From Chiloscyllium plagiosum (taxonomy: Eukaryota): a stretch of DNA of 47,520 nt. The stretch is from contig NC_057752.1 of assembly GCF_004010195.1 (NCBI RefSeq), positions 11,066,336 to 11,113,855 on the forward strand, in the 5' to 3' direction. The notes under the pieces were generated by a model that saw only the letters and a program-made list of their open reading frames with translations, was not told the DNA's origin and did not search any database. Positions 25,181 through 37,890 of this stretch are shown piece by piece (position 1 is the first letter of the stretch; each line of letters begins with the position of its first letter). The translations under genes and the position numbers were made by a program.

Positions 25181-25929
25181 TTACCATCTGTGTCAGCTGC
25201 AAACCTGGAGAAAATGCAGTAAATCACTGACAGCAGCTTCCACGGTTACAGATGCCAGAGTTCCTGTCAGCTTCAATGATGGTGACCACTGGTACTTTCA
25301 CCATCATTACTCCACAAAATCCTGCCATTTTAGTGTTCGATTCAAGCTAACATTGAGTAAATGCAAATCCATGTCAAAGTGATGTCTTCATTTATGTGGG
25401 TAGCTTTCTTCAATACGTGGAACAGATTTGCTGTACCATTGCCCTCCAGTATTCACCACTTGTCAAGCCCAGGTGATAGTTTTACTACACACCTCCTAGC
25501 AGCACTCAAACATCCTCTAAACACTGTACATCAGTCTTGTACAGTATTCATGTTTTCCAATGGCTAGGCAAACACTAACAGGCCATCACAAGCTATGAAT
25601 CATGTTTATCATGTAAATTTACAACAGAGTAAGATTGACACATTTTACTAGGTTTTTGTAAACTAACAAAATTTCTCACTAGTGCTTCCAAAACATCTCA
25701 GAACACTAACATTTCATTGATAACATAAGAAAAATTCTGTTCATGAAATCACATATTCATGTCTCAAATCAACTGCCTGAAGGGTGGATATTCATTTAAA
25801 AGCTCTCGGTTCAAAATTCAAAACAGCCTTTTTCTGCTGAGCTTGTGTACCAGTTACTTTCCATCACATGTCTTCCACTGGGAGCAACCCTTCAGTAAAC
25901 ATACACTCTCCTACAGCATGACTCTATTG

Positions 25930-26640
25930 CAATACAACAACCATATATTTATATAGTGCTTTTAATACAAATTAAAAATGTCCCAAGGAGGTTCACAGGA
26001 GCACTACACAAACAAACATGATACCAAGTCACAAGCTATTCTGTCAGATGACTAAAAACTTGGTCAATGAGGTAGGTTGTAAGAAATAGGTCTCAAAAGG
26101 AGGAAAGCAAGGTAGAACAATTGTAAGTAGGAATGCACAAGAGGCCAGAATTACAGTATAGCTACCTGGAAGCTGTACAGGGTTGGAGGAGATTACAGAG
26201 ATATGGAGTACTAAGACCACCGAGGGATTTGAAAAGAAGAGCTGAAAAATTTAAAATCAAGATGTTACCTGACTGGGAGGCAACGAAAGTCAGCGAGCAC
26301 AGGGCTGATTAGTGGAATGAGACTTCCTTTCAATTAAGACACGAACAGTAAAGTTTTGGAAGGGCTCCAAAGTGTGGGAGACCAGCCAGGAGTGAGGGAT
26401 CAGGAGCAGGAAGAGAAGACACTGAGTGATTCTCTGGTTACGAGAATAAGAATGGAAACAGGTGAGCGCAGTCTCCTCGCTCCACTCTCACCCTCACCCC
26501 ACCTTCCAGCTGGATGACAGTGGAAAGGGGCTGGAGGAGGATGGTGTGGTCACTGCGTCAAAGGCTGCAGACAGCTCAAGGAGACTGGGGGGGTGGAATT
26601 TACCACAGTCAGACAGGTAGGCAGAAGTCACATGAAGTCA
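25930..26640 (-). mobile_element. Old L2-like LINE 3' fragment
   Basis: tttatatagtgctttta..tcccaagg tail pattern; gtcaaaggctgcagacag reads as an RT LSAAFD-like motif on minus. Confidence 0.55.
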
Positions 26641-26644
26641 TTTC

Positions 26645-26818
26645 ATAGTCCAACAGCTTTATTTGAAATTACATGCTTTCGGAGCACTGCTCCTTCGTCA
26701 GGTGAAGAAGCAGCAGTCCGAGAGCTTGTGATTTCAAAGAAACCTCTTGAGCTATGACCTGGTGTTGTGTGAACTCCGATTTTGTCCACCTCAGTCCAAC
26801 CCAGCACCTCCACGTCTT
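26645..26818. mobile_element. Head-to-head Penelope-like termini with hammerhead core
   Basis: Minus strand CUGACGA-A-GGAGCA-GUGCUCC-GAAAG (26676-26701), followed by a plus-strand copy of the same terminus. Confidence 0.65.
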
Positions 26819-27228
26819 AGTCACATAGGACCAATAGAGCCAACAGCCACTTGAAGTTTGTTTAAATATCTTTGAACAATACAAATCACCAACACCAGAA
26901 ACAAGTTATAAAATACCATAACTGTTTTTTGGAAATCATCCCACCACAAAGCTATGGGAAATAGCACTGGTTAAAAGGTAAACCAAATACTAATTTTATT
27001 GAAAGTTGCTTTTATGCCAGAATACTTAAATTTTCTTCAAAATTTATTGACATTGACATTACTGGAAATAAAACATATTCTATTGCTTCTTACATTAAAA
27101 AAAAACCTTTGTTTTTCTTGCTGACTGTTTAACATTGCAAGTCTCTTCCTCTGCTGTCCTTGACGTTTATCTGGATTTTTGATGTCCTGAATGTGTGGGC
27201 TTAACACTGGGAAGTCAATTACAAGCTG

Positions 27229-27247
27229 TGGCCACTAGATGGAGGCG
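27229..27247 (+). promoter_or_regulatory. Candidate CTCF binding site in intron 1
   Basis: TGGCCACTAGATGGAGGCG resembles the CTCF core CCASYAGRKGGCRS. Confidence 0.45.
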
Positions 27248-28740
27248 ATATACTCACTGTTTGGTGCCGCACACAAAATGGATCACTTTCTGAAGTAAAA
27301 TGCTGTATACCATTTTGAGCCGCATGCAACATTCCCAGAGCAGGTACAGCATGAAGGAACACGCAGAGCAAAGCTTCCTTTCCTTTGCATCAGCGGATGA
27401 AGATCCTTAACGCACCATTAAACTAATCCAATTAAATAAATAACCAGTGTAGCATTTTGCTATACATAGAACACAAAGAAAATCAGAGTATTAAAAGAGC
27501 ACTTGCTGCTCCCAGTATGATGAGTCGAATTCTCACAGAACCTGAGCAGCGTTGGTCTATTTAGAATCAAATAATAGCAATAAGGAGAAGGAGGTGGCAT
27601 TTGTGCTCCGAAATGAAATAACACATGCCTTGTTTCACACAGCAAGCTTCACAGCCAGTCTAAAAACCAACATTTCATATTTTTCCATTTAGTTTGGATT
27701 GAATCCTAGGTCACAAACCTAAAAAGACAGACTGCCTGCAAATGCAATGCACCTATATTCCCTCTATTCCTAAAGCCTCCTTCAAAATGATCTATCTCCC
27801 TTTTATACCAGAAATTCTCTCTTTTATCAAGGTCTCTTAAACCAATGGCTTATCAAGACCCTAAACACTGCAGTCATATTTAAACAACTTCTTCTAGCAC
27901 CTTACTCATCAAATGCAGAAAAGACTCACTATATGAAAGGCCATCTTTACTTTCAGAACTCTTCAGTCTCTCTTGACTTGTGCCCATAATACCATAAACA
28001 TGGTTCTCACCGTCTTGCTGTGTTTTCAATGTTTAAAAATCAAGAAGCATCATCTTCTACTCCAACCCAGTATTTTGGAAAAGCTCAGCATTGCAAACTC
28101 TTCACTTCCCTTCGGATTGCAAGTTCTGTAGGTGTTATGGCACAAGACTTGTTCCAAATTGTTGTCAATTTGACTGCAGAGAGACATTGCTATATTACGG
28201 CATAGTGGCCTTCTTTCACTTTTGGGAAATAGGTGGTGATCTCCAGTCATCTGATGGCACAGCCAAGATCAGGAATTCAGTGGTTAAACAACTACAGATG
28301 CAAACATACATCCCACTGTTCAGTGACTCGCTACACCAAAAGTATAGGCTGGAATAAGAGTAGCTGACATATTTAGCAATCAGGGAAAAAAAAATGTTTA
28401 AAAGTTCCTAGAGGCTAATGGTTGAACACAGCACGAGAAGTTGCCTAGATACTTACCCACCAAAAGCAGGACAAATCCAACTCAGCCAATTAGAACTTTA
28501 ATAGCCTACTCCAAATAATTAAAGTCATAGAAGGAGCACTGTCATGTTGTACTTAGTCAATGACCAGCTCATCGATGCGCAGTTTGTATGCCAACAGGGC
28601 CACTCAATTCCAGACCTCATTACAGTCTTGTCACAAAACATGGGCAGAATCCTAGGTGTGACGCGAAAGTGATTGCCCTGGATATCAAGACAGCATTTGG
28701 CTGACTATGGCACCAAGCAGCCCAACTAACATTGAACTTG

Positions 28741-28815
28741 CCTGATGAAGGGCTTTTGCCCGAAACATCGATTTTCCTGCTCCTCGGATGCTGCCTGACC
28801 TGCTGTGCTTTTCCT
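28741..28815 (+). mobile_element. Penelope-like terminus with hammerhead core
   Basis: CUGAUGA-A-GGGC-UUUU-GCCC-GAAAC-AUC (28742-28769). Confidence 0.7.
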
Positions 28816-29891
28816 ACTCAAACCTTGACAACTAATATTGAAGTTAATGGAAACCAGGAGAAAATTCTCAGCGAGCTCATATCTAGCACAAAGGAAGACA
28901 ATCGTGATTGTTGGAAGCCAAATCATTTGGGCCAAAGTGTAACACTGCAGCCATGACTCAAAGTGGCCCAGCAGGGTCAAATATCTTCTGTTACTTCAGC
29001 AGTAAACTTCTGGAGAAGGGTCACTGAATCTGAACATTAACTCTGTTTTCTCTCCAGATGCTGCCAGACCTGCTGGGTTTTTCCAGCAATTTCTGTTCAC
29101 GTTTAAGCATGAATGTTCCTGTTAGTGTGAAGGGCAAGTGGCAGGAGTAGAGAAAACTGGATAACTGGAGATATTGAAGCTCTGGTCAAGAAAAAGGGAG
29201 GTTCACAATAGGTATAATCAGCTGGGATCAAGAGAATCCCTGAAGGAGTATAGTGGGTGTAAGAGTACACCTAAGGTGGAAATCAGGATGGAAAAAAAGG
29301 GGACATTAATCTTATCTGCCAAAACTATCTAAAGAGATTCTACAAGTATATTAGGGGCAAGAGTCACTAGGGAGTTAACAGGGCACCTTAAAAAAAAAAT
29401 CAATCAACGAGGCCATCTACGTGTGGAATCACAGGAGATAGGTGAGATCCTAAATGAATATTGTGTGTCAATATTTATGGAAGTGAAGGAACTCCAGTAA
29501 TAAATCTTGAAAAGATTTTCTTGAAAAGAGTCCACATTACAGAAGAGAAGGTGCTAGAGGTTTTAAAATAAATAAAAAGGTGGATAAATCTCTGGGTCCT
29601 GATCAAGTATATCCCAGGATGTTGTGGGAAGCTCGAGAAGAAATTGCTGGGCCTCTTGCTGAAATATTCACATCATCAATAGCTTTGAGTGAGGTGGCAG
29701 AAAAGTGTAAGGGGGCTAATGTTGTGTGACTATTTTTAAAAGTCTGCAAAAGGAACTATAGATTGGTGAGCCTGACATCAGTATTGGGTAAGTTGTTGGA
29801 GGGGATTCAGACAGGGTCTATGTGCATTTGGAAAGAGATACTCAGCATAGCTTTGTGCTTTGAAAATAGTGTCTCACAAACTTGACTGACA

Positions 29892-30243
29892 GGAAGGCAA
29901 TGGTCTAATGCTATTATTGCTGGACTCTTAATCTAGACACCCAAATAATATTCTGGGGACCTGGGTTTGAATCCTGTCATGTCAGATGGTGGAATTTGAA
30001 TTCAATAAAAATCTGAAATTAGCGGCTAATGATGTTCATGAATCCATTGTCAACTGTTGGAAAAACCCATCTAGTCGACTAATATCCTTTAGAGAAGGAA
30101 ATTGCCAAGCTTACCTGGTCTGGCCTATATGTGACTTCAGACCCACAGAAATGTGATTGACTCTTTAACTGTCCCCTGGCGTAATTAGGGACAGGCAACA
30201 AATGCTGTCCCAGCCAGTGATGTCTTCATCCCATGAAAGAATT
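29892..30243 (+). mobile_element. tRNA-derived SINE, second family
   Basis: gggtttgaatcc B box; homologous to 21355-21740. Confidence 0.75.
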
Positions 30244-30502
30244 TTAGATTAGATTAGATTAGATTGCCTACTGTCCGGAAACAGGCCCTTTGGCCCAACA
30301 AGTCCATACCAGCCCTCCAAAGAGTAACCCACCCAAACCCATTCCCTCTGACTAATGCACCTATCACTATGGGCAATTTAACATGACCAATTCACCTGAC
30401 CTGCACATCTTTGGATTGTGGGAGGAAACCAGAGTACCCAGAGGAAACCCACGCAGACAGGGATAGAATGTGCAAACTCCGCACAACCAGTTGTCCGAGT
30501 CT
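30244..30502 (-). mobile_element. HE1-type SINE, 5'-truncated
   Basis: (TTAGA)n tail and V-domain. Confidence 0.9.
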
Positions 30503-32609
30503 TTCAATTTAAAAACTGAGTTTTTTTGAAGAGGTGACTAAGAAGACAAATGAAGGCAGAGCAGTAGAAGTTGTCCACATGAACTTTAACAAGGTTCTAC
30601 ATGGTAGACTAGATGGTAAAGTAAGATCACATGGGATCAAGGAAGAGTAGCCAACTGGATACAAAATTGACTTGATGGTAGGAAACAGAGGAATGCTGGT
30701 CCAGTGTTGTTGTTCAAAATGGAGTCCTGTGACCACCGATGTGCTGCAAGGATCGGTGCTGGGTCCACTGTTCTTCATCATTTATATAAACAATTTGGAT
30801 AAAAATATAGGAGGCAAGGTTAGTAAGTTTGCTGATGCCACCAAAATTGGTGGTAGAGTGGATAGTGAAGAAAGGTACCTAAGAATACAACAGAGCCTCT
30901 CCCAACTGGCCCAAAGGCTCAAGGAGTGGCAGATGGTGTTTAATTTAGATAAATGCAAGGTGTTGCATTTTGCTAAGACAAACCAAGGCTGAATTTATAT
31001 ACTTAATGGTGAGACCCTGGCGAGCGTTGTCGAACAGACACCTAGGGGTTCAGGTACATAGTTCCTTGAAAGTGGTGTCACAGGTGGTCAGGTTGGTAAA
31101 GCCATTTGGCACGCTTGCCTTCAGTCAGAGCACTGAGTACAGGAATTGGGATATCATTGGTAAGATATTGGTAAGGCCACATTTGGAGTACTGTGTACAA
31201 TTCTGGTTGTCCGGTGTTAGGAAGGAGGCAATTAAATTGGATCGGTGCAAGAAAAAAGATTTACAAGGATGCTGCCAAGACTGGAGGGTTTGGGTTATAA
31301 AGGAAAGGCTGGGACTTTTTCTCACTGGAGCATAAGAAGCTGTGGGGTGACTTACAGAGGTTTATAAAATCATGAGGGGCATAGATAAGATGAATAGCCA
31401 AGATCCTTTCCCCCGGGGGCGGGGGGATACTAAACTAGGCAACATACATTTAAAGTGAGAGGGGAAAGATTTAAAAGGGACCTGAGGGGCAACTTTATCA
31501 CACAGAGGGTGGTGCATGTATGGAACGAACTGCCAGAGGAGGTGGTGGAGGAGAGTACAATTAACATTTAAAAGACATTGGACAGGTGCAGGAAAAGGAA
31601 AAGTTTAGAAGGATATGGACACAGGCAAATGAGATTAGTTCAACTTACGAAACTTGGTCAGTGTGGACAAGATGGGCCAAAGGGCCTGTTTCCGTGCAGT
31701 TTGACTCTAATAACCTTTCCTGTTTGCTGTTGATGACAATGATGTACTTGGTGTCTGAATTTTGTGACAATAGTAAAAAGGGGTAAACTGTCAGCTTTTG
31801 CTGTAATTACTCATCTGAAACTGCCACTAACATCTGGAACATGTGCACTCATTGCAAAATGCAGAAAACCAGAAGATGCTGTCAGGAGAATCTTCACTTT
31901 TCCATTGGATGCACTGAAGTCTTCCCAGAGTACAGATCAAGTAGAAATTGTTGAACAGATATGAACTTCCCCATGAACTGTGATTGGGCTTTTAATGGCA
32001 GACTGCCTTCATAATTACTTTTCATTAGACTCTCTGGTCCTGTGAACATTTTTTAAAAATTATGGAATGTCAAATTTCTCCAAACTTATGCAGGAAATTT
32101 CACATTTTAAAATGGGCTCCACCAAAAAACATAAACTTAGTTTTACTGATCGAAATAAAACCGTGAAGGAATTAAGTGATTTTTACTTCCTTTTTTGCAG
32201 TCTGGTGAGAATACTTCAATGTGATTGTTTGCTTATCTTGGTTTGACATTTATCATTAGATGAAAATCCCATTTCCTTGGTACTAGATCCAAAGTGAAGT
32301 CAGGAAAAGTGAATTCCATGCCACAGAGGTCACTGGACCTTTCTGACAGCTTTTAAGTTCACTGACAAGCTCAGTTATTTCACCACTGAAATAGTCCATG
32401 CCTACATGTACACATGGATAATAATCAGTCGTGGCAAATAACATTTATGCCACACAAGTGTTAGGGGATGGTCACTTCCAACAAAATGGAATCTAATCAT
32501 CCCCCTTTGATGTTCAATGGCATTAGCATTAATCAGTGCCAACAACATGCAAGACATTGGATACCATCCATGACAAAGCAGTCAAAACTGCAGTGTGTAC
32601 TGCCACAAC

Positions 32610-33640
32610 TGTTTTGAATGGGCAAGAATGGAATAAAATGTGGAAAAATGTGAGGTTATCCACTTTGGTAGGAAGTACAGATGCGCAGAGTATTTCTTAA
32701 ATGGTAAGAGGTTGGAAAGTGTAAGTGTACAAAGTGACAAGGTTTCCTTGTCAAGACATCACAACATGAAAATTCAGTAAGCTTTTAGGAAGGCCATTAG
32801 AATGTTAGGCTTTATCGCAAGAAGATTTGTAATACAGGAGTAGTGAAGTCTTGCTTAAATTGTATAGGAGCTTGGTTAGACTGCACCTGGAGTAGTGTGT
32901 GCAGTTTTGGTCTCATCTCAAGAAGGATATTATTGCCTCATAGGGAGTGGAATGAAGGCTCACTAGACTAGTTCCTGTGAAGGCAGGACTGTCATCTGAA
33001 GGAAGATTGGGCAAACTGAGCCTGTATTCTCTAGTGTTTCGAAGAATGAGGGATTACCTCATTGAAACTTACAAAATACTTAAAGAATAAACAGAGTAGG
33101 TGAAAGCAAGACAGAATCCAGAAACCAGGGAGAACAACTTAAAAAAAAAGGATGCTATTTAGGACCAAGATGAGGACAACGTGTTTAGTCAGAGGGTTGC
33201 GAATTGTTAGAATTTTCTATCCCAGCAGGCTGTGGAAGCTCAGTCCTCAAGCATATTTAAAGTAGAGGTTTAATAGATTTGTGTTTGTGTTTATGGGGGT
33301 AGTAGAAGTAAAAGGCATTGAAGTGTTCAATCAGCAATCTTTTAAATGATGGAACCAGGTCTAAAACCAGGGAGCACAGTTTAAAAATAATGGGGATACT
33401 ACATAGGTCTGAAACACAAAGAAATTTTATTATTCAGAGGGTTGTGAATCCCTAGAATTCTCTGCCAAAGACCCGTGGAAGCTCTATCTTAGAGTATGGT
33501 TAAAAGGGAAAGATTGATTTCTGATTACCAAAGATGTAAATGATTCTGAGAGTAAGGTGGGTAAAAACACTTTGAAATGTTTGATTGTATTACATGGTAG
33601 GGCAGGCTCAGTGAATTGAATGGCTTACTCCTGTACCCAA
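32610..33640 (+). mobile_element. Old CR1 3' fragments (3' end present twice)
   Basis: aaatgtgaggttatccactttgg, ctggagtagtgtgtgcagttttgg; two cagagggttg segments. Confidence 0.75.
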
Positions 33641-34789
33641 AAAGCAACTAAGATGGGGAAATAAATCCAATGTTCACCTTCCAGGGTTTAATAATCTTAA
33701 ACATGAAACAATTGCTTGAGGAATCCAGGGCATAAATCAGATCTAACGGTGCAGAATTGTGGTAGACATTATCCAGAAACTGTTCTCAATTTCAACCTGT
33801 AAAAACCGTCAAGTAGAATGAAGCGACAGTACTCAAGACTTCACTTACAGATTTAGGTGATCGTAAATCACACTATAATGACAGATGCCTTTACTTGCTG
33901 CAGATAATAAGATTGTTTGTCTTAAAAACATCAGCAGCAGGCAGAGTGGCTATCCACAAGGGACACACACAAAGTTTCAGGCAGTGAAATCTCAATATTA
34001 TAAACAACACATTTTCTGAGATTAATTAGCTTCATTTTAAACCAGTCTAAAAAGTGTAGAGAGAGGACATTCCCAGTCAGTACAAGATGCACTGAGCAAA
34101 ACCTTGAGCACCACCTGGCTTGTTAATCTGACATTTTATCAAACTCACAATTATCAGTCAACAACTTGTATTTATCATAGTGCTTTGAAGGAGCACTGCG
34201 CCAAGTGTTGACACCGAGCTAACGCTGCTTTGATACACTATCAAGCTTTTAAACGGTCCACCCCAGTGAGCATCTGCGTTGCCATGAATGGCGCGGTTCA
34301 CTGTTTGTTGAAAGCTGCACAGAATTCAGAGCAAAAAGGTCGGGCTCCCAACGCAGTCATGGCCATGTATCCAATACCAACTGTGTGCGTGTGGACATTA
34401 ACATGGCTGTGATGGCCTAACCCGAACAACAGAGGGGGATATTGGAAAATACGTCTCCAACGGGCAAAAGAAAGAGATAAACACAAATTTTCCTTAAGGT
34501 TGAGAAAACATGTAATAATATTCCTATCAATTGTTACTAGTTTCAATAATAAATTAGAAACAATTCGCAGGGTTTTTGTATAAATCTGGGCTGGCCTCTT
34601 GCTTCGATCAAGGATATTTACTCATGAGAAAATCGAAACTGAAGCCTGGCTAATGGTCCCTGTTGGATTGGGCGACCACTCTCACCGCTGCCCCCAAGTC
34701 AAACAGTCGCACTTCGGCTAGGATTCACAAAATCGCTGTAAATCACCAGACTCTCCTCGGTTTTAACCCGGACAAAAGCCCAGCTTTAC

Positions 34790-34802
34790 CTTTTTTACTC
34801 AT
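34790..34802 (-). CDS. DAZAP2: DAZAP2 homologue, coding exon 1 (MSKK + first base of Gly)
   Basis: Minus strand reads agcATGAGTAAAAAAG|gtaaag: A at -3, GT donor, phase 1 joining exon 2 in frame. No upstream ATG in 34803-34960. Parallels the MNSKG start of human DAZAP2. Confidence 0.85.
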
Positions 34803-34990
34803 GCTGAATGCAGTGTAGGCTGTCGATTCCCAGTTTCTCCAAGCTCCAACTGGTTTCGTGCAAGCAATTGACTCACTGCTTCGCACTCACTTCCTTATTC
34901 TGGTTCTGCAACGGCGCCACCCGTCACTCCTAGGAAACGAACCTCGACTCTTAAAGGGAAATTATCCTTGTTCAATCACTCTATTTAACA
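34803..34990 (-). promoter_or_regulatory. DAZAP2 5'UTR and core promoter
   Basis: Locally CpG-enriched, repeat-free stretch with an ETS-like GGAAGTG (~34888-34894), an RFX-like CCTAGGAAAC (~34929-34938) and a TATA-like CCCTTTAAGAG on the minus strand (34948-34958). Confidence 0.6.
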
Positions 34991-35374
34991 CGGGCACCAT
35001 TTTAAATAAAGACCTTTAGACAGCTCTTTCAAGCCATTGTTTTATTGAAGTTAGACTGATGGAGGGGGGGACTTAGGCGAGGATTGTGGCACTGATCATG
35101 GCAAAAAAAACAGTTCTGAGAAAAAGTCACTGGACCCGAAACATTAACTTTGATTTCTCTCCACAGATGCTGTCAGACCTTTTTCCAGCAATTCCTATTT
35201 TTTTGGTGCTGGGCATAGATTTTCTGTAAGAAAGCAAACGTGAATGGAGAGGATAGCAGGAGAGGGTGATGCCCATTACAGTCTAAAGCTCTATCAGTCA
35301 TTGACTGCTAGTATTTAGCCTTAGCTGCCTTTCAGCTGAGATGTGAAACTAAGTCTTCTCATTCTCACAAGGGG

Positions 35375-36142
35375 AGACAATAACCTACTATCGCTGTACC
35401 AGTAACCCAGGAGCTCAGCTAATGTTCTGGGCTTGAATCCCACCATGGCAGACAGTGGAATTTGAATTCTTTTTTTTTAAGGATCTACTGATGTCCATGA
35501 AATCTTTGTCACCGCTGGGAAAAATCCAGCTGGTTTGCTAATGTCCTTCAAAGGAAACTACCATCCTCACCTGGTGTGTAACTTCAGACCCAAAGCAATG
35601 TGGTTGACTCTTAACTGTCCTCTGAAATGGCCCAATAAGCCACTCAGTTATATCAATCGTGGCAAAGTCTCAACGAAGAAATCAAAATGGACAGTGCAAC
35701 TGGCAGAGACAACAAAAATCATGTCAACCCTGCAATGTCCTCTTGACTGAGTCCTCTTGGTTGCCTGTGTTTACTGTCATGTGTCTATCTACAAGATGCA
35801 CTGCAGAAATTCACCGAGGCTCCTTAGAGAGCACCTTCCAAACCCATGACAATTTCCACTGGAAGGACAAGGACATCAGATACATGAGAACACCATCCCT
35901 TGCAAGTTCTCCTCCAAGCCACTCATCATCCTGATTTGGAAATATAATCGTTGTTCCTTCAGTGTCGCTGGGTCAAAATCTTGGAATTCCCTCCCTCAGA
36001 GCATTGTGGGTCAACCCACAGCACACGGACTGCAACGGTTCAAGGTGGCAGCTCACCCCCCACCTTCTCAAAGGGCAACTAATGACGGGTATATAAATGC
36101 TGGGCCAGCCAGCAATGCCAATGTCCTGCAAGTGAATAAAAA
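35375..36142 (+). mobile_element. SINE-like head joined to a LINE 3' end
   Basis: 5' part matches the second SINE family; 3' part carries tggaattccctccct..ttcaaggtggcagctcac..gaataaaaaa. Confidence 0.6.
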
Positions 36143-36742
36143 AGGATGTAAAAGATCGCTTGACATTTTTTTAAGAAAAGCAAAAGTTTTTCTTGGGCTT
36201 TCTTGGTGCAATGGCCAATATCTGTCCCTGAAACAATACCACTAAAATGTCATTATCTCATTGCCAAACAGAGGACTCCTCCATACAGCAATTTGTTCTC
36301 ACATTACAACAATGACAACTCTTCAAAAATATATAATTGGCCATAAAATGCATTGGGACGCCCTGAGGTTATGAGAGGTACCCATATAGAAATGGAGGTT
36401 CTTATCACCATGTAATCAATACATTCACTTGGGCCAGGAATCGGGGAGCTTTTGCCACCTGTGAAATGGTATCCAACCACAAGCTAACAGCTCAGAGAAA
36501 ACACTGGAAATTCAGGAAAATATTTCTCTCATCACCCCACATGGGATGAGTTCAGATAGTGTGGTATCATCACCTGAAGCTTTGCAAATGGGAAAAGAGT
36601 TAAGCTCCTCCACTGTGGGTCCTGTACCTCACTCCTCTGTATCAATTAGACTCTGTGCAAGATCCAGATATTCATGTCCCCCACTGGAGTACATCTCAAA
36701 TTAGTGTTCCATTCATCTCTTTAACTGTCATTACAATTGATA

Positions 36743-37890
36743 AACATAGAAACATAGGAAATATGAACAGCAATAGGTGATTTAGTCCACTGAATCCACT
36801 CTGCAATTCAACATGATCATGGCTGACTCTCTACTTCAATGCCATACTCACACTCTTTTCCCATAGCCCTTGATGCCTTTGGCCTCTAAAAATCCAATTA
36901 TTTCTTAAAAATATTCTGTGACTTGGCCTCCACAATGTTCTGTGGTAGAGAATCCCACTGGTTCATCACTCTCCAAGTGAAGAAGTTTCTGCTCAACTCA
37001 GTCTGAAATGGCCTACCCCACATCCCCAGACTGTAACCCATTGATCTGTACCTCCTAACCAGGAGAAACATCATCCCTGCATCCTGTCTATTCCTGGCAA
37101 TTGTTTATGTTTCAATGAGATCCCCTTTAATTCTTCTAAACTCCTGTGAATACAGGCTCAATCTTGCCTCATACGACAAACATGTTATGCCAGGAATCAG
37201 TCTGGTGAGCCTTCACTGCACTCCCTCTGTGGTAAGTACTGTAAATCTTTTCAAAGGCAAGGAGACAAAACTCCAGGTGTGGTCTCACCAAGACCCCATA
37301 CAGCTGCAGTAAGACTTCCTGGCTCTTGTGATGAATACCAACGTACCATTTGCCTCCTAATTGCTTGCTGCACCTACATGCTTGTTTTCAATGGCCAGTT
37401 GGAAACACACATCCCTTTGCACATCAACATTTCCCAATCTATTACAATTTAAATAATACCCTACCACTCTGTTTTTCTCATCAAAGTGGATAACTTCACA
37501 ATTATCCATGTTATGCTGCATCTGCTATGCACTTGCTTAGTCAACTTGTCTAAATCATCTTGAAACCTTGTTACAACCTCCTCATAACTCATAATCCCAC
37601 ACAGTCCCAAACTTGTTGACAACACGAACAATACACTCCTGGGCAAATTGCTGATTACAGTTGTGAATTGCTGGGGCCCAAGCACTGATCCCTGTGGTAC
37701 CCCACAGCCTGCTATTTATTCCTACCCTCTACTTCCTGTTTGCCACTCAATTCTCAATCCATGCCAGTATATGATCCCTAATCCCATGTGCTTCGAGTTT
37801 GCACATAAACCTCTAAACCTCTTACATAGGACTTAAATTTTCTGGAATTTCAAATCCACATCCATTTGTTCTCCCTGCTGGTTACAGTGA
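36743..37890 (-). mobile_element. CR1 LINE 3' part
   Basis: aacatagaaacatag tail; ggccccaagcactgatccctgtgg reads PQGSVLGP on minus. Confidence 0.85.

Larger units (their letters stand above)
21834..25413. repeat. 84-bp inverted repeat pair (21834-21917 / 25330-25413)
   Basis: Manual alignment gives 83/84 identity in reverse complement. Confidence 0.9.
29105..31710 (+). mobile_element. CR1 LINE interrupted by two SINEs
   Basis: [28 protein letters not shown]; reading resumes at ~30515 after the insertions. Confidence 0.88.

Noticed and set aside
21834..25413. 3.6-kb DNA transposon with 84-bp TIRs
   Set aside because: No TSD, no transposase, and the interior is old heterogeneous intron; kept only as an unexplained inverted repeat.
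26671..26701. Active gene-sense hammerhead in intron 1
   Set aside because: The cleavage-site triplet reads CAU rather than NUH, so it is probably inactive.
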